A stretch of 64,000 bases of DNA from NCBI GenBank assembly GCA_038496445.1, contig JALMLS010000062.1, positions 124,001-188,000 on the forward strand, read 5' to 3'. The stretch is from Trichosphaerium sp. ATCC 40318. Taxonomy: Eukaryota; Protista; Tubulinea. The notes under the pieces are model-generated. The model saw only the letters and a program-made list of their open reading frames with translations, searched no databases and had not been told where the DNA came from. Every line of letters begins with the position of its first letter. Positions within the stretch are counted from its first letter, which is position 1. Shown piece by piece: positions 24,878 through 39,135 of the stretch. The position numbers and the translations under genes were made by a program.

Positions 24878-27160
24878 ATGAGCGAGCCAGCTGATGCACC
24901 TGACGCAAACAAACCGGTCAGAGTACAATGCTTGAAGCTTGGCCAGATAAAATCGCGGGGTTCTATTTCTGACCAAGTTGGCGCACTGTCATTATCGTCT
25001 AAAACAAACAAAAGGGCAAAGCGGTTATCGAAAACTTTAGATGACTTACGACCTACGGAGTCGTTTTGTAAATACCTGAACACCATACAGAACCAAATAG
25101 AGTACGAACTACACTTTCAACAAGTGAAAAAACCAAAATGGTGTTTAACTTATCTGACAGCGGCCAATTAACGTCTCGAGGCGATGTAGCGCGTGTCGCG
25201 AACAAACACTGCCATGTAGCGAACTCGTTTGTACCAAAGCGCGATGGCCGCTTTTTTGAGTACTTTATAACAGTTGGATCCAATGCTGATCATACAGGGC
25301 CAGAAATAAAATTCAAATACCCCAACGACGCGTACGCGCTTTAACTCAATACCAATCATTGTTCCCTTACGTGTGTAGCATTGTTCCGCCTTCAATAATG
25401 TCCTTTTGCTTCCCAGCGGGCTACCAAGTCAAAACAATGCAAAAAACGCAGTCATTCACAGATATAAACCAAGTAAACGCCCCGTTAAAACATTTTACAC
25501 TCTTAACCGACAAAAAACAGCATTTAACGATTTCATTTAGGCTCTTTTTGGTCAATTAAGCCAATACGAGGACTCTGATCATTCTTTCGTATTTGTTTTG
25601 ACAGGAGGTGAAGAGCTATTCTATGGTGTTGCTGTAATAACATCAGTAATGGAACAAGGAAGCTCAAGTGATGTGGTACGCGGGTTTTTTTCTTACGAAT
25701 TTCTAACAAAACTTCTAGAAGAAGAGCGTTCTTGGTGAGAATCAACCACAGCCTAGGAAGAACACGTTGAGAGATTCAAGAGATCAAGCTGTTGTATTTA
25801 CACCTAAATGCTATTGTATTGTTACAAAGTTTCCTTTTTTTCAATTACACTTTGCTGTGTTGCACAGTGTTGTAGGTAAGCACGTGCATCTGAATTTTTT
25901 TACATTTAATCTTTGTACTTACGAGTTAACGATGAATTTAGCCAAGCAACGATTATTTTCTGTGAACTCAGTGATGGCATTACAAAAAGGATCACCACGT
26001 AGGGAAGAAAGAGGTAATTGAAATGATACTAAAAATGGTTTTTACCTTACAAATATATTTAGCACTTGTTACCGATATTGAGCAATTAATTGGTGTGTAT
26101 CTTAAACAACAAGTGCCGAAGGAAGATGGCGATAATGTTTCTTTTAAGTTACCAGGCGACATTCAAGATATAACATTCAAATGTCCAGTGCGCCACATCT
26201 GTTTGCAAATATCATCCCGTGCTAATCTTTTTTTTAACAGATGGGAGACGAAAATAAACTCATAGCTGAGTTTTGTGTTGCTTCGTTGTTCCGTATTTTA
26301 TCCCTTGGCACTATACTTAAATTATTCACATGCTGTCTTCTCGAACGACAGGTAGTATTAGTATCAAGGCATCCGGCAATATTATCGGCGATAAGGTACT
26401 AAATATTCGCTTACACGAAAACAAATTCTTATTTATTTCGTAGTTTAGCACTTATTCCATTACTACGTCCTTTCATGATACAAGGAGCGTATATACCTGT
26501 ATTACCTGATACAGAACACTTTACAACGTGCTTAGACGCACCTGGTATGCCCGCCAACAACTTTAAACCATTCTAACTTTTTGAACTTTTCTACTTTGTG
26601 TTACTCACAAGCTTCTAGTACCTTACATAATAGGCGTAACAAGCCTACCAGAAGGTTTTCTAAGCGATAGATATTCAAATATCGCTATATTAGACATAGA
26701 AGCCAATAAAATAAGAGTACCTCAAGACTTTCCTGAAAAAGTACTTCCAGGTCAAGTCACTCTAAGAAAGAATCTTAGACCTTTCTTTAATACTCTTCGT
26801 GGTGCTGCAAAATATGAACGTAAGATGGAGAAACCATTTGTTCATAACCAGGAAGAGATTGAAGCTGTTCATGGTATTATACAAGTAACTGGTACTTACT
26901 TGGTTAGTATCATTGAAAAGTTCTCTGAATGTGCTGATGTTGAAACATTCAAACTTGGTGATCTTGATCAGATGAAAGATATTATTTCTAAGCTTCCTAG
27001 AAGCTATAGAAGTTTTTTTACTCTCTTCTCTGAGACACAGATGTTTGCTACTTATGCTGATTTATTTATGGAAGCAATGGCTAAAAATGAAAGAACTGCT
27101 AGTGACTTGCTTAAAAAATTAGAAGAGCTTGTACAAGAACATGTTCAAAAACACGTGTAA
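24878..27160 (+). CDS. DENN-domain Rab GEF, multi-exon
   Basis: FFEYFITVG, FCFPAG, FYGVAV, PKCYCIVTKFPFF, LLERQVVLVS, LLRPF..YIPVLP..LDAPVPYIIGV and FSETQMF. AATAAA immediately follows the stop. Confidence 0.9.
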
Positions 27161-27577
27161 ATAAAGTAATAATATCAAGTGTAACTACTAGGTATATTGT
27201 CAATCCATATAATAGTATTGGTTTGGTACAGAATCATAAACGAGACCAGGAAGTTCACAAGTAGTTGCAATGTTAAAAGTAGGTGAGTGAAATCAGTCAG
27301 TAGCTCATGTGTTAGACAAACCAAGATTGGCCACAAAAGATAGATGCCTCTCTTAAATATTACAAGCGTACAATAGGTTAGTTCCTTATCACGCATCTGG
27401 GAGTACTGACTTAACTTTGTAAAAATAAACAGCTTTTTGAACGCAATAGCTCCTCAATTACTCGCAAAGTACATATATCGCATATGGCCGTTAAAAGAAA
27501 GGTACCATTTCAGTTTGTGCGTTTTGGAAATCTACATTAACGCTAAATAGAGCATAAACGAAGACAAACGAGCGTTT

Positions 27578-28840
27578 ATGAATCTACTTGACATTCCCAT
27601 TGAGTTACTGCTTGATATCTACGAGAAAGACGATGAAGTGTTTATAAAGCTTCCATTGCTTTCAAAACAAACTGCAATGGTTACTAGATATGATAACGAT
27701 ATGAAAAAGCATCGTAAATGGATACAACGAAAAGGAGATTTCATCCTGCGAAAACAAGGCTGGCGAAATGGTAAACTACACGGAAAGTCAAAGAGATTCT
27801 TTCAGAACAGTAAACAACTTTACGAACAAACTGATTATGTAAACGGTTTAAGAGAAGGAAGCCACAAGGTATGGTTCGCAAATGGTGTACTTACAGAGCA
27901 TTCACATTACTCCAATGGTAAACTTGATGGAGAATACAAGAGCTATTCTGAGAAAGGTTTATTGTATGGTAGTTGTGTTTATATCAAGGGTAAACGTGAA
28001 GGTGAGTACAACTTGTATTCTGACACAGGTTGCTTGGTAAGACAGTATCATTATGCTTATGGTATGCGAAATGGAGTGTACTGCAGCTGGTATGAAGATT
28101 GGTGGGAAAAGGAGAGTTCCGCTGAGAGGAAATTGAAAGAAAAGTGGTATTATGTTGATGATATACGTGAGGGAGAGTATAACAAGTGGCATAGAACTGG
28201 TGAACTTGAAAAACGTAGTCGTTATATCAATGGGAAACGACAAGGAAAGTCAACAGAGTGGCACAAAAACGGCCAAGTGAAGAAAAAGGGTCGTTTTATT
28301 GATGACTTAAAAGAAGGTAAATGCAAGGAATGGCTTAGCACTGGACAGTTGGTAAAGTGTTATCATTATCAAAAGGGAAAACTTGAAGGAGATTACAAAG
28401 AATGGTATAAGAACGGTAAATTGAAGGAGCAATATAACAATACACAAGAACAACGTAATGGAGATTACAAGAAATGGTATGAGAGTGGTCAACTTGAACA
28501 GAAGTGTTGTTATAGTTATGGAAGACGTGATGGACAGTATACTGAGTGGTATGAGAGCGGTGTTGTGCGTGTTAAGTGTGGTTATAAAAACTATGAAGCT
28601 CCTGAAGATACAAAACATGGAAAGTACATGAAGTGGTATGAAAGCGGACAATTGTGGAAAAGGTGTCGTTATGATATTGGCTACAAAAGCGGTAAGTGTG
28701 AGATATGGCGAGAAAATGGTCAGATAGCGGAAGAGCGTATGTATCGTAATGGACATCTTCATGGTACTTGTGTACAATGGGATGAAGATGGTAAAATGGA
28801 GTCAGTAACCGAATTCGAGCATGGTGAAGTATTGGGATGA
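27578..28840 (+). CDS. F-box-like + MORN-variant repeat protein, intronless, 420 aa
   Basis: MNLLDIPIELLLDI followed by about 14 repeats of G..K.WY.xG.L....Y..G. Confidence 0.9.
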   Translation: MNLLDIPIELLLDIYEKDDEVFIKLPLLSKQTAMVTRYDNDMKKHRKWIQRKGDFILRKQGWRNGKLHGKSKRFFQNSKQLYEQTDYVNGLREGSHKVWFANGVLTEHSHYSNGKLDGEYKSYSEKGLLYGSCVYIKGKREGEYNLYSDTGCLVRQYHYAYGMRNGVYCSWYEDWWEKESSAERKLKEKWYYVDDIREGEYNKWHRTGELEKRSRYINGKRQGKSTEWHKNGQVKKKGRFIDDLKEGKCKEWLSTGQLVKCYHYQKGKLEGDYKEWYKNGKLKEQYNNTQEQRNGDYKKWYESGQLEQKCCYSYGRRDGQYTEWYESGVVRVKCGYKNYEAPEDTKHGKYMKWYESGQLWKRCRYDIGYKSGKCEIWRENGQIAEERMYRNGHLHGTCVQWDEDGKMESVTEFEHGEVLG

Positions 28841-29348
28841 AGAAGGATCACTTTGAGTCGGATAGAGTGTTAAGAATAAGTTTAAGAAAGGTTGCATAGG
28901 CAAGAAGGAAACGAGCATGATGACCAGAACTTACTGTAAGACTAAGCATTGTAGCAATAAAAGCGTAGTTACAACAAGTTAACCAAAAACATTGAAGCAC
29001 TGTTAGCGAATAGAGTGTTTGTTACTATTGAAGCGAATTGTATTACAGCTAGTATCCCAACATATACTATCACACGTGCGATGAGACTTCAATGATCACA
29101 GAAATCCGTTTTTGTTGTGTACCCTTTTATTTTCCCAACATTCCGTAGAATTATACTCCTTTGTTACACTAGGTGTTCCTCGATGCTTTTAGTTTAAATA
29201 AGGCAACTTTTGGGTCGTTAGTTTCTTTGTAGTTTTAATTAGCAGGATAATCATCTGTACGAGCAAACGAGCATAACATGGCGTGGAAGTAACATGTTAG
29301 ACACATGCTGACTTTTATTATAAGTACTATTTCTAACGCACGTGAGGG

Positions 29349-31154
29349 ATGGTCTACAGTATCCTCACATTAGTATTGTTCGCGTCCAGTATAACTTGCA
29401 TAACTGTACATGATTATCTAACTGGGGCGGACTGTAAGATATGTCACAAATTGCCTTGTTTAAAAAATGATTAAATAGATCAATTTAATACTCCTGATGT
29501 CTCGTGGATATCTCAAGATGCGTGGCCCTCAGATAAAATATTTGGTACGCAAAACCACGTGGGTATTAGCGTATTGCTGGAACCTGTAATTAATTACGAT
29601 ATGAGTAAATGTTGTTTTATTTTATTCCTTCACTGCATAGAATCGCACTTCGATGTAACGATTTTGTGAAATAGGATTCGCTGTCAGTCTAAAGCATCCC
29701 AATGTATCTGGTAAAATTGTGTTCATCCCAGAACCAGTAAAATGGGCTGAAAAGTATGCTGAAGCGAGAAGTAAAGGAGCGATTGCAATTATTTTGACTT
29801 CGTATATTTTCGGTACATCTTTTATTTTACTTTCTTTCAAAATGGTATCACTTAATACCTACCAAGATGCTGGCCTGCTTAACTATGCTCGACTCACCAA
29901 TATAGATGAGAGTTTGCATTTACTCAAACCAGGTTTACCTACGGTTGAAGGTTCTGGTGAACAGTTCATTTCCTCTTTTTACATACTCGAAAATTATACT
30001 GATTTGGAGTTCCCGTGCACTCTGTCGCGTCTAGGTATGCCTTTATACTGAATGCAAACATAACAAGTTCCAAATGAACTAATGGTGTTAGATCCAAACC
30101 CGTGGAAAGGCGTAGCGTTCTACGGCTCTGTATGATGAAGTTTTTTACCCTTCTTTGACGCTAATCTCTAGTAGCTTTTTATTTCTCTTGGAATCGGATT
30201 CTTGTGTCTTCTCGCAGTATTCATGGCGTGTTACAAGATTTACGTGCTTTCTAACTCCGAAGAGGGTCTTATATTAACGGTACCATTGGCTTGCCTATAC
30301 ATCGAAGTTTTCGCCAATACAGGTAATAGAACTTCGTTTATTACTGCAAAGTGACGTTTGTTGGTTTTTAGTACGAAGTATATTCATCATTATTGATCCG
30401 ATATTTATGAGAAGAATCTTTCCAGTAACTGTCTACAGCTTCATGACTTTAGGACTTGTTTCTTTATCATTAGCAACAACTGTGCTTCTAGCATTCTATT
30501 GGTAAACAAACAATTTTTATCACATGATATTATTTTTTCTGTTTTTTTCCGTACTTCGACGTCCTTGACTGGCTTTTCTCAAGGCAGGAGGTACTGTACA
30601 ATACAAGGGAACTTAGAAATGATAAAATTTCAAAGCCGACATTCATAATCCAGAAATTGTTGGTTCCTAGTATTGTAGCCATTTCAGTCTTAGTATTGAT
30701 TGACATTTCTGGTTCTTTCATATATACTTTTACTAATAATGTTGTGCTGTTCAGAGTCTTTGAGTCAATCTTATTCACCGCGTCGATGGCTTCCGGACTA
30801 TATCTAATCATCACAGGGTTCTTTATACTAAGGAGAATCAGTTCAGTAAAAGTAGACAACAAAAATGTCAAAAAGATTAAAATGGTAAGCCCACATTGCC
30901 GTCTATATAATTTTTTTTAGATCACAATACAAATCATGTCAAGCGCAATCTTTATCTTTTTTGTTGCAGCTACAAGTATTGTTAGTATATTTGGTGTATT
31001 TACAAGTCCAGGTGGTTTTATAACTGTATTTATATTACACTGGGTGCCTCTGACATTAATAAGCATAACTCAAATATCAGCTATTAGACGTAAACCAAGG
31101 AACAGACATCAGAGTCTTCAAGTGGTATTGAAACACAATCTCAACCTTATTTAG
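29349..31154 (+). CDS. Signal peptide + PA-like domain + 7TM-like membrane protein, multi-exon
   Basis: Signal peptide; GKIVFI..EKYAEARSKGAIAIIL (PA-domain pattern); NPW followed by serial TM exons (IIDP, LAFYW). Confidence 0.65.
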
Positions 31155-31314
31155 AGTTAAACCGGCAGAGTGAAACAAAATACAATAAAATTCGTTTTGG
31201 TTAAACTAACTTTCATGCCAAAAATTGACAGTGAAAAAAAGTATTTTTTTTATTGGGTTACAAATTTTGATGGATGAGTTGTTTGTATACCAAGAAACAG
31301 TTCTTTGACGTTAA

Positions 31315-33929
31315 TCATTTCCACAGAGAGCGTATATAACGCCAAAATGTGTGAACAGACCGAACAAAGTAGTAAGGGATGCGTAATGCCCTAGAAACCG
31401 CAAACGCAATCAGATACTTTGTGAGTAAAATGAAAGAAATAAAGAAGAAATACGCACGTGCTCGATAGAAAAATAACAGGGTAGAATATAAATTGTAAAA
31501 CGTTGAATGTTGTTACAGCTTTATGCTTCTCCGGTCTATCCACAATAGCGCTTTTATCAATGCTTGGCAACAAAACTTTGCGTAAATGAGTGTACTGTCT
31601 AAAGAGCAAACATTAGACTCAAAAAGTACATGCCAAGTTTGGATTGTCCGGCAGCACCTTTTTGCAGCATCACGCATATCTTTGTAGCTCCTGCATTCAT
31701 CATAGCTGCCCTAAAAACAAAAATATGAGTATTAGATATTGATAAAGAACAAGAGGAGGTACAAGTTTTAAAACAACAAATTTGACATAATCATGATCAT
31801 CTGGTAAATCACATTCAAGGATTGTTGTATACATAGAAAGGCTGTAATTGTAATAAAAACGTTAGGGTTTATATGAATGTGTACATGTGAGTGCATCACA
31901 TTGAGAACACAAAAACAAGCAATTTAAAGAGAAAGACGTACGTTAATACAATGTATTTGTCAAGAGCTTGTTCAATGTAAGTTTTAGCCTTCTTTATTTT
32001 GACGCTATCAGTATCACCTATTCATTGCTTAATCAACGTTTTAACTTGATGTAAAGACAAATTCGTTGTACCAGGTTTATAAAGATTAAGTGAAGGAAGA
32101 ATAGCTCGAGATTTTCAGTTAGCTCATTTTGCCATTTAGCTCCAGGTTCTGATATCAAGTCAAGGAATACTTTTAATGGCTCTGTTTGATAGCTACGTAA
32201 CCCTGGATCTTCTCCTTTGTAAAAATGCCATACAGCATCTTCCAAGGTAGTGAGTATTTGAACTTGTGCAAACTGTGCTACCAAATCATGTATTTCCTTA
32301 ATTGACGCTGTGTTTACATTAAAATCAGGAACTGTAACAAGGTGCTGTTTGGCATAATTAATTAAATCACGATTCCTTGATGCTTTAGCAGTACCAAGTA
32401 TAACTAAAGAGTTCATGAGATAGAATTTAAAAGTTTCCTTCTAACCAAACTGCTCAAGCAACCAGATAAAAGTCTTTTGCTCTTCGTGTATCATTCCCCA
32501 ATCTGTTGGTTTTTCATTATACTGTACTGATTAGAATAGAAAGAATTATATCGATGGCACCTTTGGAACTATAGGGCGCTTTAAGGGCTGATTGAAATCT
32601 GTAGTAGAATCCATGTTAGAAATCTCGTGGTAAGTCAAAAAGACAGTTACTAGTACCTTGACATTGCTTGTCAATGTATGCAGCAATATCAAATTCAAAT
32701 GGCTCGTTTCCAAAGTTTACACGAAATTTAGCGTTATTAGACATCATACCAACACTTGCAAAGTATTTATGACCTTCAATATCAGGCTACCAAAAGTAAT
32801 TACAAAAAAGGTATTACGGTAGTGAAATACCTTTGGCACAACCCACACTAAGGTTCCATTCTTTGTAAAAAATAGTTGTTTAGATAAAAAGTCAAACCCA
32901 CATCCAATCGTGTCATGAATACCCCATTTTTCTTTGAACACATACGTCCAATCATGTTCTTTATAAAGAGAAAGATCAGTGACAAAATCAAAAAAAAAAT
33001 ACAAAAAAAGCATTCTCACGAAAGTACAATCCACCATCATCTCTACATCAAGAAATTAGTTAAAACAGCCATTGCAATGATGTATTATTACGCGTGATAT
33101 CCATATGAAGAGTTTCTCCATCCAGGTAATGACTTGGCTTTTGAAAAGTTATTGATAGCAGCACCAACACGAATACCACTTTGAAGAAAAAAGTAAGTGG
33201 ATGAGGAACAACAGTTGTAAATGAGCCTACCAGCGATCTTTGTCAGCGTTTATCACATAAAGCTCATAGTATGATACAGACGCGATTCTACCAAAAGGAA
33301 GTGGTCGCATCGGATTTGACGCTTGGCAACTCTGGTAAAAGAAGAAGTAATTAGCAATCACACGCTGACACAAAAAGTAATTAGAGGATACCATAGGATT
33401 ACCATCACCGACATATGTTACCTCTGTATTGTTTTTTGAAAATGATAAACCTTGGTCATGTTCTTCTATTTAAATAAAAGTCACGTGCCTGAACTCAAAA
33501 ATTAAAACGTTAAACATACTTTCTTTTACAAGTTGAAGTGATGTCATGTATGACTGAAGCGGATATCGCTCTCGGAACAGTTGTTTCCACATCATTCCTT
33601 TTGGAAGTCTTTGAACCCATTTGTATTTACTACAGAGACTCTCCTAATACGTAAATAATACATTAGGCTGAGAAACCGATGCGACGAGGCGAGTACCCAA
33701 AGAGATTCAGCAGAATAAAGCTTTTCCCAACCTTTTGACACTAATGGAACCACATCTGTTCACTGTTAGCTAATTACGCGTAGATATGACGGTTACCAGC
33801 TAGTTTGATTGGTATCAACTTAATTATTTTGTGGGCGATCTAATCGTATCTTAAGGAATAGAAGTATACAATACATACCTTAAGCGGTACTTTTGATAAT
33901 GACAAATCACTTGCTATTGGTGAGTTCAT
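31315..33929 (-). CDS. Divergent F-box + SPRY-domain protein, multi-exon
   Basis: LVSKGWEKLYSAESLWESLC..WKQLF (F-box C-terminal part); SPRY motifs YYEL, LPGWRNSSYGYH, DTIGCGFD..LFFTKNG and RVNFGNEPFEFD. Confidence 0.8.
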
Positions 33930-34136
33930 TTTTTAACGGTTTTTGATGGTTAAGTGCACGTGATAAAAGTAGAGAATAAGTACCAGTCATTGTCTTTTAA
34001 GTTGGTATGGACAATTTAAAGTCAACACTTGGACAGTGAAAGCACTGAACGACACTTTATTACTAAACTGACGTGGTAACTTGAAGAAACTGATAGTGCA
34101 ACTTTACGCTATGAACAAGTTGTGCTGTTGTGTTTA

Positions 34137-36025
34137 TTAGATTGTAATGAGTACAAGAATGATGATCGAAATAACGTTGGCAATGATACGGGTTGTAGTA
34201 CTTGGAGGAGCAGCAGTACCTCCCGTTGGAGAATCAGTAGTCGTTGAATTACCTCCAGTTGGTACAGTTGTATTTGACATGCTTGTTGGCGACTCTACAG
34301 CCATTGGTGCTTGTGGTTCTTGGGTCGGAGCGTCAGTTGGAGGTGGAGGGCAAAACCATGGATCATTTTCAATGACAAGAAGAGATGTTGTGATATTTCC
34401 GCCTAGTGGCAATCGTTCTGTTTTAGCCGTAACCTAAGATATATCCCGTTAGCATATTTTGTATGTATCGCAGGTAAATAATGTACGTACTATTCCAAAC
34501 CCACAAGGAGGTACAGATGCAAAGGCAACGCCTGGATATGTAGCAGCATACGAGTTGTCATATTCATTCTCTGTTACATTGCCATCACTTGAGATGACTA
34601 CAACATGAGGTGCACTGTCGTTATCATGAACGTATGATACAATAAATTCGCTTATTGGAGTAAATCCAGTTGTTAGGGAATAGCTTGAAACGACATGCTC
34701 ATTTGTGATGTTGTATTTTGCGTGAACTGTAAAGTTTCCATTTTCTACACAATTAATCGAGAAAATGACAAGTCTTAGAGTATTAACAGAAAGATCATCA
34801 GCTAATCTAAGTCCATATAATAGACCAAATTGTTCTGACACATTATTATACACAAGTTTCATAATTGCAGAAGTTTTTCCATCACCTTCATCAACTAACA
34901 CAGCATCTTCAAAAACCTGTTGCAAAAATAGATGTCAGCTTAATTAATACTTGTTGACGTACTCTCAAGCCTTGTGTCATCTCTACTGCAGAGACATGTA
35001 TTTGACCTGTTCCGTCTCTTATCGATTCCCTTACAGCCACCAGCATACATGTGATTCTCCAGCGGCCGCATCACTTCCGTCTGTGCGTAGCATGGTTACT
35101 GACATTCAACAAAAAGTTAGTTGAATATCAATCGAGATCTATACTCGTACATGGATCACTCGCGTCTGGCAGTATCTGACCAGTTTTAGGGTTGATAAAA
35201 ACAGGTTGTAAGGTGTATTGTTGCAAAGCAATGTAAAATTGTACAACAGGTTCGTAAATAAAGCCACCTGCTAGAGCGGGACTCATAGGCAAAGTAATAT
35301 TCTCAGATACGTAAAAGAAAGGCTGTAATATAAGTTAGCAACAAAATTACTAGTACAAGAATGAAACAAAGTACGTACCGGAGATGCTGTATCGTTAAAA
35401 TGAATAAGACGAATTTCGCACTGTGTCATGGGGGTTCCACGTTTTTTAAAGGGGGTAAACACAATGTTCGTGTCGCAAGCCAATATTGCAAACTCATTAT
35501 CTCCGTATATAACTCCGACAGGACTGTATTCTCCTCCTAATGGGTTAATAGTAAACGTTGTTGCGTTTCCTGTTGCAATATCTAAAAAAAAAGATGAGTT
35601 GTTGATTTAAGAACGTCACGTGATTTTTTTATGTTGCCAATGTTATCTTTTAGTTTATGACAAAGAGCGCACCTTGAGGGCTACCTATTACAATAGAGTA
35701 ACCACCTGCTTCTCGATAATAAGCACGCTTGATTGGACCCTGGGTTGGTGTTATATCCTTGTCTATCGTTACTTCTGAAACAACAATAACTGTTTGCCCG
35801 AAACCTTGTATGTCTCCAACAGCAACATGTGGGTGCCCAATATCTTCATTTCTTGAGCTGTTGAGTAGAGGCTCTACGTATAGATCTCGGAGGTCGTTCC
35901 ATTGATTAAAACCTTTTGCAGCGTACACTACAGTATGTTAAAATTAGCTATTAATTCCTAGCCTTGTTAAACGTGCCCGAAAAGATGATGGCAATAAAGC
36001 AAAGAAATATTGATGATTTTATCAT
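34137..36025 (-). CDS. Surface-protein family copy 1 (type A body): signal peptide, beta-rich ectodomain, Pro/Thr stalk, terminal hydrophobic (GPI-like) tail
   Basis: MIKSSIFLCFIAIIFS..GFNQWNDLRDLYVEPLL ... ENDPWFCPPPPT..IIANVISIIILVLITI*. Confidence 0.85.
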
Positions 36026-36189
36026 AGAGGTGTTGATGCGAGGGTTAGAGCTTATGATTTATGGTTAGTAACTGCACAGTATCGTATTCAAAGGGAGAGA
36101 TTTGGGGAGATTAAAGAATTTAAAGAACACCTAAACTACTTTTACAACATTGTAAAGTAATGCGTATTTCGATGTATAGTTAGCCTACT

Positions 36190-39135
36190 ACTAATTAGTT
36201 TATCAACTCCGAGCAATGGATATTTTTACTACTGATTCTACAGCCTATTATTATTGTAAACACGGTAATCTTTACGTGCAGCTTTGCATTTTGTGAATTC
36301 TGAGAGTTGACAAGGGAATTAACTCTGTGTAGCTCTAATATTATTTATAACTTCTATATACAAGTACATACAGAATGTGGATAGGCGTAATAAAGTAATA
36401 GGGGCGAGACATCATAGGAACCAATACAGGTAAAAAAACGAAAAAAGAAAGCAAAAAAAAAGAAGAAGAAAAAAGAAGTTAATGTGATACACAAATCACA
36501 GATAGAATAAAGTAGAACATTGAATGTTGTTACTTCCTTGCTCACGTGATAATCCAAATTTATATTATTCTTTCAACATAAATGAGCAAACTCACACAAC
36601 CTTTACAATTATTAAACAATTTTTAAACGCCAGAGTAGCTATGAGCAAGTTGTACTTGTGTTTATTAGATTGTAATGAGTACAAACACGATGATTGCAAC
36701 AATATTAGCAATGATACGGGTTGTAGTACTTGGAGGAGCAATATTACCTCCCGTTGGAGAAACAGGCATATCAGTAGTCGTTGAATTACCTCCAGTTGGT
36801 ACAGTTGTATTTGACATGCCTGTTGGCGACTCTACAGCCGTTGGTGCTTGTGGTTCTTGGGTTGGAGCATCGGTTGGGGCCTCGGTTGGAGGAGGCTCGG
36901 TTGGAGGCTCGGTTGGAGGTGGTGGGCAAAACCATGGATCATTTTCAATGACAATAAGAGATGTTGTGATATTTCTGAATAGTGGCAATCGTTCTGTTCT
37001 AGCCGCAACCTAGTATTCTTTAGTATCTATGTGGCTCGCGTTTGAATAATGTACTATTCCAAACCCACAAGGAGGTACAGATGCAAAGGCAACATCTGGA
37101 TAAATAGCAGCATACGAGTTGTCATAATCATTCTCTGTTACAGATCCATCACTTGAGATGACTACAACATGAGGTGCACTGTCGTTATCATGAACGTATG
37201 ATACAATAAATTCGCTTGTTGGATTAAATCCAGTTGTTAGGGAATAGCTTGAAACAACATGCTCATTTGTGATGTTGTATTTTGCGTGAACTGTAAAGTT
37301 TCCATTTTCTACACAATTAATCGAGAAAATGACAAGTCTTAGAGTATTAACAGAAAGATTATCAGCTAATCTAACTCCATATAATAGACCAAATTGTTCT
37401 GATACATCATTATAAGCAAGTTTCATAAGTGAAGAAGCTTTTCCATCACCTTCATCAACTAACACAGCATCTTCAAAAACCTGTTGCAAAAATAGATGTC
37501 AGAGCTTAATTAATACTAGTTGACGTACTCTCGAGCCTTGTGTTATCTCTACTGCAGAGACACGTATTTGACCTGTTCCGAATCTTATCAATTCCTTTAA
37601 AGCCACAACAATACATGATCCCCCAAGGGCCGCATCACTTCCGTCTGTGCGTAGCATGGTTGCTGACATTCAAAAGTTAGTTGAGTATCAATCGAGATCT
37701 ATACTCGTACGTGGATCACCCGCGTCTATCAGCTGACCCATTGTAGGGTTGACAAAAACAGGTTGTAAGGTGTGTTGTTGTAAAGCAATGTATGATTGTG
37801 CAAGAGGTACGTAAACAAAGCCACCTGCTAGAGTGGAACTCAGAGGCAAAGTAATATTCTCAGATACGTAAAAGAAAGGCTGTAACATAAGTTAGCAACA
37901 AAATTACTAGTACAAGAAGCAACAAATACGTACCGGAGATGCCGTATCATTAAAGTGAACAAGACGAATTTCGCAATGTGTATTGGGACCCTCCTGTTTT
38001 TTAAAGCCGACCAACACAATTTTCGTGTCGCAAGCCAATATTGCAAACTCATTATCTCCGTATATAACTCCGACAGGGCCGTATTCTGCTCCTAATGGGT
38101 TAACAGTAAACGTTGTTGCGTTTCCTGTTGCAATATCTAAAAAAAAGATGAGTTTTGTTGAGTTAAGAACGTCACGTGATTTTTTTTAATGTTGCCAATG
38201 TTATCTTTTAGTTTATAACAAAGAGCGCACCTTGAGGGCTACCTATTACAACAGAGTAACCACCTGTTTCTCGAAAAGCGCGCTTGTTTGGACCCTGGGT
38301 TGTCTCCTTGTCTATCTTTACTTCTGAAACAACAATAACTGTTTGCCCGAAACCTTGTATGTCTCCAACAGCAACATGTGGGTGCCCAATATCTTCATTT
38401 CTTGAGCTGTTGAGTAGAGGCTCTACATAGAGATCTCGGAGGTCGTTCCATTGATTAAAACCTTTTGCAGCGTACACTACAGTGTGTTAAAATAGAATTA
38501 GCTATTAATTCCTAGCCTTGTTAAACGTGTACCCGAAAAGATGATGGCAATAAAGCAAAGAAATATTGATGATTTTATCATAGAGGTGTTGATGCGAGGG
38601 TAGAGCTTATGATTTATGGTTAGTAACTGCACAGCATAGTATTCAAAGGGAGAGATTTGGGAGTCTACTAATTAGTTTATCAACTCCGAGCAATGGATAT
38701 TTTTACAACTGATTCTACAGCCTATTATTATTGTAAACACGGAAATCTTTACGTGCAGCTTTGCATTTTGTGAATTCTGACTGTTGAACTCCATGTAGCT
38801 ATAGTTGTCAACTTCTTCTTGATGTTCACTTCTATATACAAGTACAAACAGAATGTGGCTAGGCGTAATAAAGTAATAGGGCGAGACATCATAGGAACCA
38901 ATACAGGTAAAAAAAACGAAAAAAGAAAGCAAAAAAAAAGAAGAAGAAAAAAGAAGTTAATGTGATACACAAATCACAGATAGAATAAAGTAGAACATTG
39001 AATGTTGTTACTTTCTTGCTCACGTGATAATCCAAATTTATATTATTCTTTCAACATAAATGAGCAACCTTTACAATTAAAAACAATTATGCAATTTTTA
39101 AACGCAAGAGCAAGCAAGTTGTACTTTAGTGTTTA
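36190..39135. repeat. Near-identical duplicated intergenic spacers (36190-36660 and 38665-39135) marking a ~2.5-kb tandem duplication unit
   Basis: Both spacers carry long shared runs such as GGCGAGACATCATAGGAACCAATACAGG...GTGATACACAAATCACAGATAGAATAAAGTAGAACATTG. Confidence 0.9.
36665..38581 (-). CDS. Surface-protein family copy 2 (type A body)
   Basis: Same exon structure as copy 1, with extra PPTE stalk repeats. Confidence 0.85.

Noticed and set aside
27190-27420. A plus-strand frame after the DENN gene looks like a ciliate-code ORF, with many in-frame TAG/TAA among Gln-rich codons
   Set aside because: TAA, TAG and TGA all act as real stops in conserved genes here, and no conserved gene needs readthrough. 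The DENN stop is followed by AATAAA.
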